From contig JANNXQ010000273.1 in the NCBI GenBank assembly GCA_031409655.1, positions 29,766 through 93,765 on the forward strand: a DNA stretch of 64,000 nt. Reading direction: 5' to 3'. This DNA comes from Chthoniobacteraceae bacterium. GTDB lineage: Bacteria > Verrucomicrobiota > Verrucomicrobiia > Chthoniobacterales > Chthoniobacteraceae. Below, one piece after another: positions 39,606 through 48,400 of this stretch (position 1 is its first letter; each line of letters opens with the position of its first letter). Below the pieces are notes generated by a model. That model did no database searches. It was not told the DNA's origin and saw nothing but the letters and a program-made list of their open reading frames with translations. A program made the position numbers and the translations under genes.

Positions 39606-39980
39606 TCAACTTCCCGCCCCGGTGTGCTCCTCGATACAGCGCGTGATTGCGTCAAGACTCACCGGCTTCGCGAGAAACGGGAAACCTCCGATCTCCGTCT
39701 TCGTCTCCGTCTGCGAAACGATCGCGGTCAGGAAAATGATCGGCACCTTTGCGAGCGTCGGGTCTGAGCGCATCTGCTGGCCGACCTCGCCGCCGTCCGC
39801 TTTTGGCATCACGATATCCAGAAAGATGATGTCCGGCGCAAAATCCCGCGCGGCCAGCCACGCCTTCGTCGAATCGTTTTCCTCGCGGACGACGTAGTTC
39901 CCGGACTTTTCGAGAGTGAGCTTGAGCAGGCGGGTGAAGCCGGACTCGTCGTCCACGATGAAGACTCGCTTTTTGGCCAT
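39606..39980 (-). CDS. Single-domain response regulator (receiver)
   Basis: IVDDE, FLDIVMP, IFLTA, LAKP. Confidence 0.9.
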   Translation of the reverse strand: MAKKRVFIVDDESGFTRLLKLTLEKSGNYVVREENDSTKAWLAARDFAPDIIFLDIVMPKADGGEVGQQMRSDPTLAKVPIIFLTAIVSQTETKTEIGGFPFLAKPVSLDAITRCIEEHTGAGS

Positions 39981-40180
39981 GGGATTCGAGGGGTGAGGTG
40001 GTGGACGACGCTCAACGTCGCGCCGGTCTGCTGATGAAAGCGGGCGCGACGCGGAATGCGAAGACAAAACCTCCGGCAGTTTTCACCGCTGCCAAGCGCC
40101 GTGCTGGCGCGCATTTTCCTCCCAGGAAAGCCCGAGTCCCGCGTTGACTTCACCCGCGCCCGCGGCAATCCTATGACGCC

Positions 40181-41638
40181 ATGGACACCCCCGAGCCACC
40201 GAAGACATTTATCCAGAAGATTCAGGAGCGCCTCGCCGCCTCCCGGTTCCTTACTTTTTCGCTCCTGCTCCACATCCTCATCGTGCTCGTGGCGGGCAGC
40301 GTGGTGCTCATCAAACGCGTCGTCGAGACCCCGGACTTCGAAGCCGCGGACGGGCTCCTCGGCGGCGACGAGACCCCGGCTCCGCCGTCGGCTCCGGTCG
40401 ATATCACACAGACGCAATTCACCCCTCAGGCGCCCGAGATTTCCGCGCCCGTGCAGTCGACCATCGTCACGACCAACCTCCAGACGCCCGCTTTCACCAT
40501 CGCCGCCGTCGCGCCGCAAGTGAAGCCCGTCGCCTCCGATGCGATGAGCAAATCGCTGAGCGATGCGGCGAAGAACATGGGCAAAGGGGTGGGTGCGGGG
40601 ATCCCCGGCTCCATGTCTGGACGGATGGGCGGTGCTGCTCGCAAGACTCTGATGACGGCCAAGGGCGGCAAGGACAAGAGCGAGCAAGCGGTGCTCAAAG
40701 GCCTGCGCTGGCTTGTGAAAAATCAAAATGCCGATGGCTCGTGGGGGCCGAGTAATAAGGGCGCCATGACCGGCCTGGCGCTGCTCTCCTTTCTTGGACA
40801 CGGGGAGTTGCCCACTTCGCCGGAATTCGGCCCCACCGTGGAGAAGGCCGTCAATTGGCTCCTCACGGAAGGAGCGAAAAACGAGGGCCGCCTCTCGATG
40901 GCCAAGGCCTTCAATCAACAGGGCGTCTATGAGCACGGGATCGCCGCTTATGCTCTGGGCGAATACTACACGATGACGAAGGACGAGCGGGCCATCGAAC
41001 TCTTCAAGCAGGCGATCGACCACATCATCAAAGGGCAAGGGCCGGACGGCGGCTGGATGTATGCCTTCGACAAGTCCAAGAGCGACACCTCGGTGAGTGG
41101 CTGGCAGATCCAGGCGCTGAAAGCGGCCCATCTTTCCGGACTCAATATCTCGCTCGTCGATGAAACCATGGATAAGGCGATGCTCAACCTCAAGCGGGTG
41201 CGGGGCAAGGAGGGTGGCTTTGGCTACCGCGGTCCGGAGGATCGCTACAGCCTCACTGGCGTCGGGGTGCTCTGCACCTATTTCTGGAAGCAAAAAAAAG
41301 ACGACATGGTCAAAGATGGCATGGACTACATCATCAAGAGGGTGAAGTCCGATCAGCCCATCAAATACGCCGGTTCGACCGCTGACCTCTATGCCTGGTA
41401 CTACAATACCCAAGCCGCACTGATGTTCGGCGGCAGCGCATGGACCACCTGGAACCGCCTCTTTCAGGATGAAATCTGCGACAATCAATCAGCCGACGGC
41501 AGTTGGCCACCGGCAGGGGGGAAAGCGCACGGTCCTCAATCTACTTCCGCCGGGATTGGCCCCGTCTATCGCACCACCCTCTGCATCCTGATGCTCGAAG
41601 TGTACTATCGTTACATGCCGAGCACCAAGGGCTCGTAG
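40181..41638 (+). CDS. Membrane-anchored prenyltransferase/squalene-oxidase-repeat protein
   Basis: TM helix with SLLLH; QNADGSW, QGPDGGW, QSADGSW repeats; LEVYYRY C-terminus. Confidence 0.82.
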   Translation: MDTPEPPKTFIQKIQERLAASRFLTFSLLLHILIVLVAGSVVLIKRVVETPDFEAADGLLGGDETPAPPSAPVDITQTQFTPQAPEISAPVQSTIVTTNLQTPAFTIAAVAPQVKPVASDAMSKSLSDAAKNMGKGVGAGIPGSMSGRMGGAARKTLMTAKGGKDKSEQAVLKGLRWLVKNQNADGSWGPSNKGAMTGLALLSFLGHGELPTSPEFGPTVEKAVNWLLTEGAKNEGRLSMAKAFNQQGVYEHGIAAYALGEYYTMTKDERAIELFKQAIDHIIKGQGPDGGWMYAFDKSKSDTSVSGWQIQALKAAHLSGLNISLVDETMDKAMLNLKRVRGKEGGFGYRGPEDRYSLTGVGVLCTYFWKQKKDDMVKDGMDYIIKRVKSDQPIKYAGSTADLYAWYYNTQAALMFGGSAWTTWNRLFQDEICDNQSADGSWPPAGGKAHGPQSTSAGIGPVYRTTLCILMLEVYYRYMPSTKGS

Positions 41639-41745
41639 TCGGCGGCCCAGAGGCATCCGGCTCCAGCGGAGGTCGGGACATTCATTTTCGGGATGAAATG
41701 TTTTCACTTCCCGCACCCCGGCCCCGTCGCTCAAGATCGGGCATC

Positions 41746-43290
41746 TTGAATCCGAACGCTTCCGCCGCCGCCAATCCCCTGCGCGAAGGACTCTCCAATC
41801 GTCCGATGCCGCAGCCGTGCAATGTGGTCATCTTCGGTGCCTCGGGAGACCTCACCTTCCGCAAGCTCATCCCGGCCCTCTACAATCTCGCCGCCGATGG
41901 CGACCTCCCGGCCGCCACCAATATCGTCGGCTTTGCCCGCCGCGAAAAATCCGATGACGTCTGGCGCACCGAACTCAAGGAGACCACCGCCAAGTGCTCC
42001 CGTTCCGGGCTCAAAGAGCAGATCTGGGAAAGCTTTGCCCCCCGCATCTCCTATCACCGCAGTGAATTTGGCAACCTCGACGGCTACCGCTCCCTGAGCA
42101 CCAAGCTGGACGAACTCGACGCCCAAAGCGGCATCCGCGGCAACCGCCTCTTTTACCTCTCCGTCTCCCCCACCGAATTCGAAGGCATCCTCACCCAGAT
42201 CGCCGCCGCCGGGCTGAACGAAGCCCGCCCCGGTGCCTGGACCCGCGTCATCGTCGAAAAACCCTTTGGCACGGACCTCGCCACCGCCCACGAACTGAAC
42301 GAAGTCGTCGGCCGCGTCTTCCGCGAAAAAGACACCTACCGCATCGACCACTACCTCGGAAAAGAGACCGCGCAAAACATCATGGTCTTGCGCTTCGCCA
42401 ACTCCATCTTCGAGCCCCTCTGGAACCATCGCTACATCGACCACGTCCAGATCACCGCCGCCGAGCCCCTCGGCGTCGAGCAGCGCGGCCCCTACTACGA
42501 AGCCAGCGGCGCCCTGCGCGACATGGTTCAGAACCACCTCCTCCAGCTCCTCTGCCTCACCGCCATGGAGCCGCCCACCGATCTCACCGCCGACAGCATT
42601 CGCGATGAGAAGGTCAAAGTCATCCGCTCCCTCCGCCAGATGACCCCGCAGCTCGTCGCCCAAAACGTCGTCCGCGGCCAATACGGCGCCGGAGCCATCG
42701 CCGGCAAAGAAGTGAAAGAGTATCGCGCCGAGGACCGGGTCAACCCCGAGTCCATGACCGAAACCTACGTCGCTTTAAAAGTGAACGTGGATAACTGGCG
42801 CTGGGCCGACGTCCCCTTCTACGTCCGTGTCGGCAAACGCCTCGCCAAAGGTGGCACCGAAATCGCCGTCCAGTTTAAGAACGCCCCCAGCGTTCTCTTT
42901 AATACGCCCGACGAACCCCTCGGCCCCAACGTCCTCGTCATCCGCATCCAACCCGACGAAGGCATCTCCCTGCGCATGCAGTGCAAAATGCCCGGCAACG
43001 CCATCCGCATCGAACCCGTGAAGATGGACTTCCACTACGGCACCAGCTTTGGCAAAGCCAGCCCCGAAGCCTACGAGCGCCTCCTCCTCGACGCCATGAG
43101 CGGCGACGCCACCTTATTCGCCCGCCGCGACGAAGTCGAAGGCGCCTGGCGTTTCATCGACGCCATCGAAGACGCCTGGCACAAGACCCCCAACCCACCC
43201 AAAGTCTGCACCTACCCCTCCGGCTCCTGGGGTCCCAAAGAATCCGACGACCTCCTCGAACGCGACGGCCGCACTTGGCGGCGGATGTAA
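41746..43290 (+). CDS. zwf: Glucose-6-phosphate 1-dehydrogenase
   Basis: FGASGDL, EKPFG, RIDHYLGKE, RDMVQNHLLQ, AYERLL. Start (TTG 41746) uncertain. Confidence 0.97.
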   Translation: MNPNASAAANPLREGLSNRPMPQPCNVVIFGASGDLTFRKLIPALYNLAADGDLPAATNIVGFARREKSDDVWRTELKETTAKCSRSGLKEQIWESFAPRISYHRSEFGNLDGYRSLSTKLDELDAQSGIRGNRLFYLSVSPTEFEGILTQIAAAGLNEARPGAWTRVIVEKPFGTDLATAHELNEVVGRVFREKDTYRIDHYLGKETAQNIMVLRFANSIFEPLWNHRYIDHVQITAAEPLGVEQRGPYYEASGALRDMVQNHLLQLLCLTAMEPPTDLTADSIRDEKVKVIRSLRQMTPQLVAQNVVRGQYGAGAIAGKEVKEYRAEDRVNPESMTETYVALKVNVDNWRWADVPFYVRVGKRLAKGGTEIAVQFKNAPSVLFNTPDEPLGPNVLVIRIQPDEGISLRMQCKMPGNAIRIEPVKMDFHYGTSFGKASPEAYERLLLDAMSGDATLFARRDEVEGAWRFIDAIEDAWHKTPNPPKVCTYPSGSWGPKESDDLLERDGRTWRRM

Positions 43291-43306
43291 TGTTTCAAGT
43301 CACCAG

Positions 43307-43828
43307 ATGAGCCATCTCGACACCGACGCACGCGTGACAAAAGTTGAAAAAGTTAGAGCGGGGAAAGATTGGAAAACTATTTTTTATCGTCCCTCTGGAG
43401 CAATCGCCTTTCATTCTGACGGAACGATTACAATCGAGGGAGGCGTGACGAGAGAAGACATCTTCGCGGTTTTCGACATATACAAACCGCCGTTGCGGGG
43501 CATGGATTGGTGGCGCTTGTTCACGATAGATCACTTCAATCGCGTCGGCGGGGACTACGATGCGAATTTCGTCATCGACTATTTCAACTTAGGCAACGCG
43601 TTGCCGGTTATTGCGTCCAACCAGCGCCTGATGAAGTGGATCAAAACAAAGCGCCTCCACACGCTTATTTGTGTAGATGCTTTCAGCGGCGCTAAGAGCG
43701 CTCTCTGGGATACAAAACTAGATCAACCCCGGCGAGATTCTGTTGCAAAGGATGTGTTAAAATACATCCAGAAGCATCCGGGGATTTCTAGGCCTGACTT
43801 GAGAGGGTACATCAAAACGCTCGAATAG
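43307..43828 (+). CDS. Hypothetical protein (173 aa), lower GC than flanking genes
   Basis: Intact ORF 16 bp after zwf with visibly AT-richer codon usage; no family recognised. Confidence 0.65.
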   Translation: MSHLDTDARVTKVEKVRAGKDWKTIFYRPSGAIAFHSDGTITIEGGVTREDIFAVFDIYKPPLRGMDWWRLFTIDHFNRVGGDYDANFVIDYFNLGNALPVIASNQRLMKWIKTKRLHTLICVDAFSGAKSALWDTKLDQPRRDSVAKDVLKYIQKHPGISRPDLRGYIKTLE

Positions 43829-43862
43829 CTGAGGCGCACATGGAAGCTGTCCCGATCTCCCC

Positions 43863-44642
43863 CTACGGCGTCGGCGGTGGCTCGGGAGTCGGCTCCTCTT
43901 CCTCCGGCGGCGCGTCTTCCAGCAGGCTCTGACGCATATAGAGATCCGTCTTCTCCGGCTGACGGGGAAACATTTCTCCGAGCTTCAGGAGATTGAGGAA
44001 AAGCATTAGTTGCAGACTCTCCCGGGCCATCTTCTTACCTCCCTGCGTGGTCGTCACGGCGCCTCCGGAGCTTTCGCTGGCGGTGTAAATGATGGCCCAT
44101 TCGGACACGAGCCCCTGGACCGTGGCCACCAGCGGCGCACCCAGGGCCACCTGGTGCGCAGTCACACAATTCAGGAGCGTTTGTAGATTCCCGGCGACTT
44201 GATCGTCGCCGCACTCCCCGAAGATCCGGCGCCCACTCGGGAAACACTCCGTGACCTCCGGTGAATTCGGGCCGAACTTTGCCACCACCGCGGCATGCAC
44301 CTTGGTGATTTCCGGGGTGAGATCCTTGCGAAAGGCATCCTTCACCTGTTTGCGCGCCTTGCGCACCGCCTTCTTAGTCTTGTCATCCGTGGCGCAATTT
44401 TCCACCAGCGTCAGTGCGCTGGTGGTCGCGGTGATGCGCGGAGTCAGTTCGCCGCCGGAGGAGTTTGCGATCATCCGCTGCAGGTGATCACTACTAAAGG
44501 CGAGTAACTCGGCGAGACTGATGCCGGGGTCGTCGAAGGGATTTTCAAGGAAGCGATGGAGATCAATCATATGGGTGGGGTGTGCGTCCGGTGAGTCCCA
44601 GCGGGCTCCGCTGTCGAAGAAGGTAAATCCGTAGCGGGCCAA
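43863..44642 (-). CDS. Unknown, probably all-helical protein with acidic/Pro-rich tail
   Basis: Long ORF with amphipathic helices. Start either TTG 44642 (MARYGFTFFDSGARWDS) or ATG 44570 (MIDLHRF). Ends PPEEEEPTPEPPPTP. Confidence 0.75.
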   Translation of the reverse strand: MARYGFTFFDSGARWDSPDAHPTHMIDLHRFLENPFDDPGISLAELLAFSSDHLQRMIANSSGGELTPRITATTSALTLVENCATDDKTKKAVRKARKQVKDAFRKDLTPEITKVHAAVVAKFGPNSPEVTECFPSGRRIFGECGDDQVAGNLQTLLNCVTAHQVALGAPLVATVQGLVSEWAIIYTASESSGGAVTTTQGGKKMARESLQLMLFLNLLKLGEMFPRQPEKTDLYMRQSLLEDAPPEEEEPTPEPPPTP

Positions 44643-44695
44643 AATGAGAGGGTGCCGAAGGCGGTTAAGTTTTAAGTCTAAGGAAAACCTCAAGT

Positions 44696-44712
44696 AGCAT
44701 CGCCTGTGCCAA
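44696..44712 (-). promoter_or_regulatory. Sigma-54 (-24/-12) promoter motif
   Basis: Minus strand TTGGCACAGGCGATGCT = TGGCAC...TGCT with exact GG-N10-GC spacing, pointing at the 43863-44642 gene and followed by an AT-rich leader. Confidence 0.7.
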
Positions 44713-44714
44713 TC

Positions 44715-45020
44715 GGGCGCAGCCGAAAACTTCGCCCTCCCCCCGCACGCGCGGAAGCCACTGCTGAAAAGTCATCCCGGCCTCCCCCGCTCCCACGGGA
44801 GTCACTTCGGAGCAGGTATGACTGCCATCCGCATACGCGATAGCCACCTCTGAAAAGATATGTCTGCCATCCTCGCACGCGGGAGCCACTTTTGAAAAGT
44901 AAGCGTTGTCTCCTACCTGCGCGGAAGCCATCTCGCAAAACTGCCCGTGATTTTCCACGTCTGCGAAAAGCCACCCGCCAAAGCGCGACCCGCCTGCCGC
45001 GGAGGCGGGAGGCAACCAAG
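44715..45020. repeat. Degenerate tandem array, ~42-bp period, ~7 units
   Basis: Anchor AGCCA-like at 44756, 44800, 44842, 44884, 44926, 44969, 45010 (spacing 44, 42, 42, 42, 43, 41). Conserved half ~GCGGGAGCCACYTYTGAAAAG. Confidence 0.8.
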
Positions 45021-45144
45021 CAACTGCGAACCCGCTCGCCGCCGCCGCGGAGAACGCCGGACGAAATGGGAGGCGCCTCCACTCGGAGGAAGCATGGTGC
45101 CCCGCTTTAGGACTGTAACGCCTTTTAGCGCCCATCGTTCCGCT

Positions 45145-45374
45145 TGGGCCAAAGGCCCCGGACAAGCCAGCCCAGGGCAACGCCCTGGGTGGGCAAAAAA
45201 CAACCGCGCGAGCCCTGAAAGGGCGGCACAAAATACGCGATCGTTGTCCCGCCCTTTCAGGGCTTGTCCGGTTCTCACCGGAAACCCAGGGCGTGTGCTC
45301 ACCCACCCGCCGTCGGCCGCTATTCCCCTCCGCCGCTTCGGCCCTGGGCTGGCTTGTCTTGGGCCTTTGGCCCA
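45145..45374. mobile_element. Nested palindromic REP/MITE-like element
   Basis: Outer IR TGGGCCAAAGGCCCCGGACAAGCCAGCCCAGGGC / GCCCTGGGCTGGCTTGTCTTGGGCCTTTGGCCCA; inner IR GCCCTGAAAGGGCGG / CCGCCCTTTCAGGGC; hairpin CCCAGGGCAACGCCCTGGG. Confidence 0.75.
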
Positions 45375-45402
45375 CCCGGAGCGCATCGCGCGTGGACCAG
45401 TT

Positions 45403-48400
45403 CTAGGAAACGACGGGTTCGTCGTCGTCGAAGAAGAGATCAGGCCGCCACCGGCGGGCCTCTTCGAGGGTGAAGCGGCAGAGACCGGCGCCGTGGAAGG
45501 ATTCCGTTAAGGGGATGGGTTCGCCATTCGGCCGCCTCGGCGGCCAGCGCATCCGGCCATCGTCGCTGATCTCCGGGAGCTCACCCTTGTACCCTTTGTA
45601 GCAAAGCAGCTCGCGGCCACTCTGCGCCTCCCACACGCGCACTGTCCAGTCAGACGAGCCGCTCGCCAGCCGCGTGCCATCGGGCGACCATCTCACCGCG
45701 TTCACGGGGCGCGAATGCCCTGTGCAGGCGAGCAGTTCCCACGCACGGTGCGCCTCCCACACGCGCACAGTCTGGTCATACGAGCTGCTGGCCAGCCGCG
45801 TGCCATCGGGCGACCAGCTCACCGCACTCACGTAGCCTCCATGCCCTTTGCAAGCGAGCAGTTCGCGGCCACTGTGCGCCTCCCACACGCGCACGGTATG
45901 GTCAAACGAGCCGCTAACCAGCCGTGTGCCATCGGGGGACCAGCTCACCGCAGCCACGGGGCGCTCATGGCCTTTGCAGGCGAGCACTTCGCGGCCACTT
46001 TGCGCCTCCCACACGCGCACGGTCCGGTCGACAGAGCCGCTCGCCAGCCGCAACGCGTCGGGCGACCAGCTCACCGCCATCACGTAACCCTCATGCCCTT
46101 TGCAGGCGAGCAGTTCGCGGCCACTGTGCGCCTCCCACACGCGCACGGTCCCGTCGTACGAGCCGCTCGCCAGCCGCGTGCCATCGGGGGACCAGCTCAC
46201 CGCAGCCACGGGGCGCTCATGCCCTTTGCAGACGAGTAGTTCGCGACCACTTTGCGCCTCCCACACACGCACGGTCTGGTCGTCCGAGCCGCTGGCCAGC
46301 CGCGTGCCATTGGGCGACCAGATCACCGCCATCACGGACTTGTTATGCCCTTTGCAGGCAAGCAGTTCGAGCCCTGTCCCCGCGTCGAGGATGCGAATAG
46401 TGTGATCGTGATGCCCGGTGGCGAGCAGCGTTCCATCCGGACTCCAAGCCACCGCATAGGCAGAAGCACTCGCCGGCAGACGGAGTGCCACCCCCGCCCG
46501 GTCCGGCAAAGCCGCCCCGGACAACTCCATTTCCTGTGCCTGCTCCCCCGTGAGCGCCGCCGCCAGCAACCGCGCCCGCCGCCACTTTCCCTCCGCCATC
46601 GTGGCTCCCGTAAAATCCGCCCCCATAGCCGAACACCCCTCCGCCTGCACCCCGTCCAACTTCGCTCCGACAAACTTCGCCCCATCGCACACGGCCTTCA
46701 CCAGATTCGCGCCCGTCAAATCCGCGCCGGAGAGGTCGCAATTCGACAGCAACGCTTCGCGGAGATCGGCGTCGCGCAGATTCGCCCCACGCAAGTCAAG
46801 CTTCGTCAGGTCCTGCCCGCGCAAATCGGCCCCTGGCATTTCCACGCGCTTCAACCCTGCACTCCCAAGCCACTCGCGTAGTTGGAGCGTGTTCTTGTCG
46901 AAGGCATCACTCTCAGGTGCTTCGCCGAACCAATTCCGCTCAATCCACCAACGGCATCCGTCCAAATTTAGGGCGCATAGGAATTCCGCCATGAGCGGCG
47001 AGAGCGCATGGAAGCCGAGCAGGCTCCGCACATTTCGCTCGGTCAGTTCCTCCGCGATCCTCCGGGCCACTAGCCATTCCATCACGCTTTGATGCACGAA
47101 GCTGAAGCGGCCGTCTTCGTCGCGGATGAAGAGGGTGCCGTCGCCGAGTACGTGGACGGCTTCCTCGACGGCGTTCAGCTTGTCGGGAGCGTAGCGTTCG
47201 AGGGCGTCGCGCACGGCCTGGCGCAACTCGTCGAGGGCGAGCCAGCGATCGGTGCGGGTCCAAAGCGCGAGGGCGAGGACGGTGGCGGGATCGAGCCACT
47301 GCTCGGCACTCAGGATCACCGGGACTCCACGCGGGAAGCGGCGGGTGATCTCATAGCCCAGCCAGTGTTTCAGGAGCAGGATGCGGTAGAGTTCGGCGGC
47401 GGAGATCGATCCGGTGCGGCGCTCGGCTTCCTCGAGTTGCTCGCGCTGGAGCTGGCAGATAAAGGAAAGCATCCGCGGATTTTCGCCGAGACCGAGGAGG
47501 TCGTGGACTTCCTGCAAGAGCCGCTGCCAGGCGTGCGCCTCGGCCTCGGAACCGAAGCGGTGGAGGAGGAAGGAGAAGATTTGCGAGCGATCGAAGGGCT
47601 GGAGCCGGCACCAGCGCAAGCCGCGCACGCGTTCGACGTGGCGACCGAGGGCGAGGCGGATTTGCCGGTCATTTTCAAAGTAGCTGGTGCGGCACGAGAC
47701 GACCACGCGGGCGTCGCCCTCGGCAGCTTCGATGAGGGTGTCGAGATGCTCGGCGGCTTGCGCGTAGCCGACGCGCAAGGCGAGTTCGTCGAAGCCATCG
47801 AAGAGCAGGACGACGCGGCCCTGGCGCATCATGTAATGGAGCGCGGTGAGGTCGAAGCGGTCGAACTGTTGCCGCGCGAAATGCTGGGCGAGGAGTTCAT
47901 CGAGTTTGCGGGCCTTTTCCAAGTACCGCAGCTCAATGAGCAGGGGCACGGGAGCCGCATCCATCTGCCCGAGGCGCAGGGCGACCTGGCGGAGCAGGAA
48001 GGTCTTGCCCGTGCCGAATTCGCCGAGGATGAGAATGAAACGCGGGTCGGGCTCGACAAGCCATGCGCTGACCTGATCCAGCGCCGCGTCGGTGGAGGCG
48101 CGCTGGGCGCCGGCCTCGAAGCCCATGCGCTGGGGCACGTAGAGATGCGGGGGATAGATGTCGTCCTGCGCGAGCCGGGCGTTCTGCTTTTCGAGATAGG
48201 GAGCGAAGTCGATGAGGCCCTGGTATTCGAGGAGGCTCCGCAAACGCAGGCCGCAGGTCGCGGCGTGGTGACGCAGTTCGTCGCCAGCCACCAGCCCGCC
48301 GCCGAAGACGAACTCGCCCATCGTTCTCGGCGCGGCGGCGCGGTATTGGGCGAGCACTTCCTCGGCAAACTGGGTGAGCACTTCGCGCGTCGGACGGTCG

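Noticed and set aside
44715..45020. CRISPR array
   Set aside because: Repeats are degenerate, the variable halves resemble each other (GTATGACTGCCATCC vs ATATGTCTGCCATCC), the 42-bp period is too short, and there are no cas genes in the window.
44665..45510. ORFs 44665-45375(-), 44690-45082(-), 44913-45386(-), 44947-45510(+) as genes
   Set aside because: They run across the tandem array and the palindromic element, overlap each other and have no coherent protein character.
45590..46470. Diversity-generating retroelement acting on the WD40 repeats
   Set aside because: No reverse transcriptase or non-coding template repeat, and the differences are not confined to adenines.
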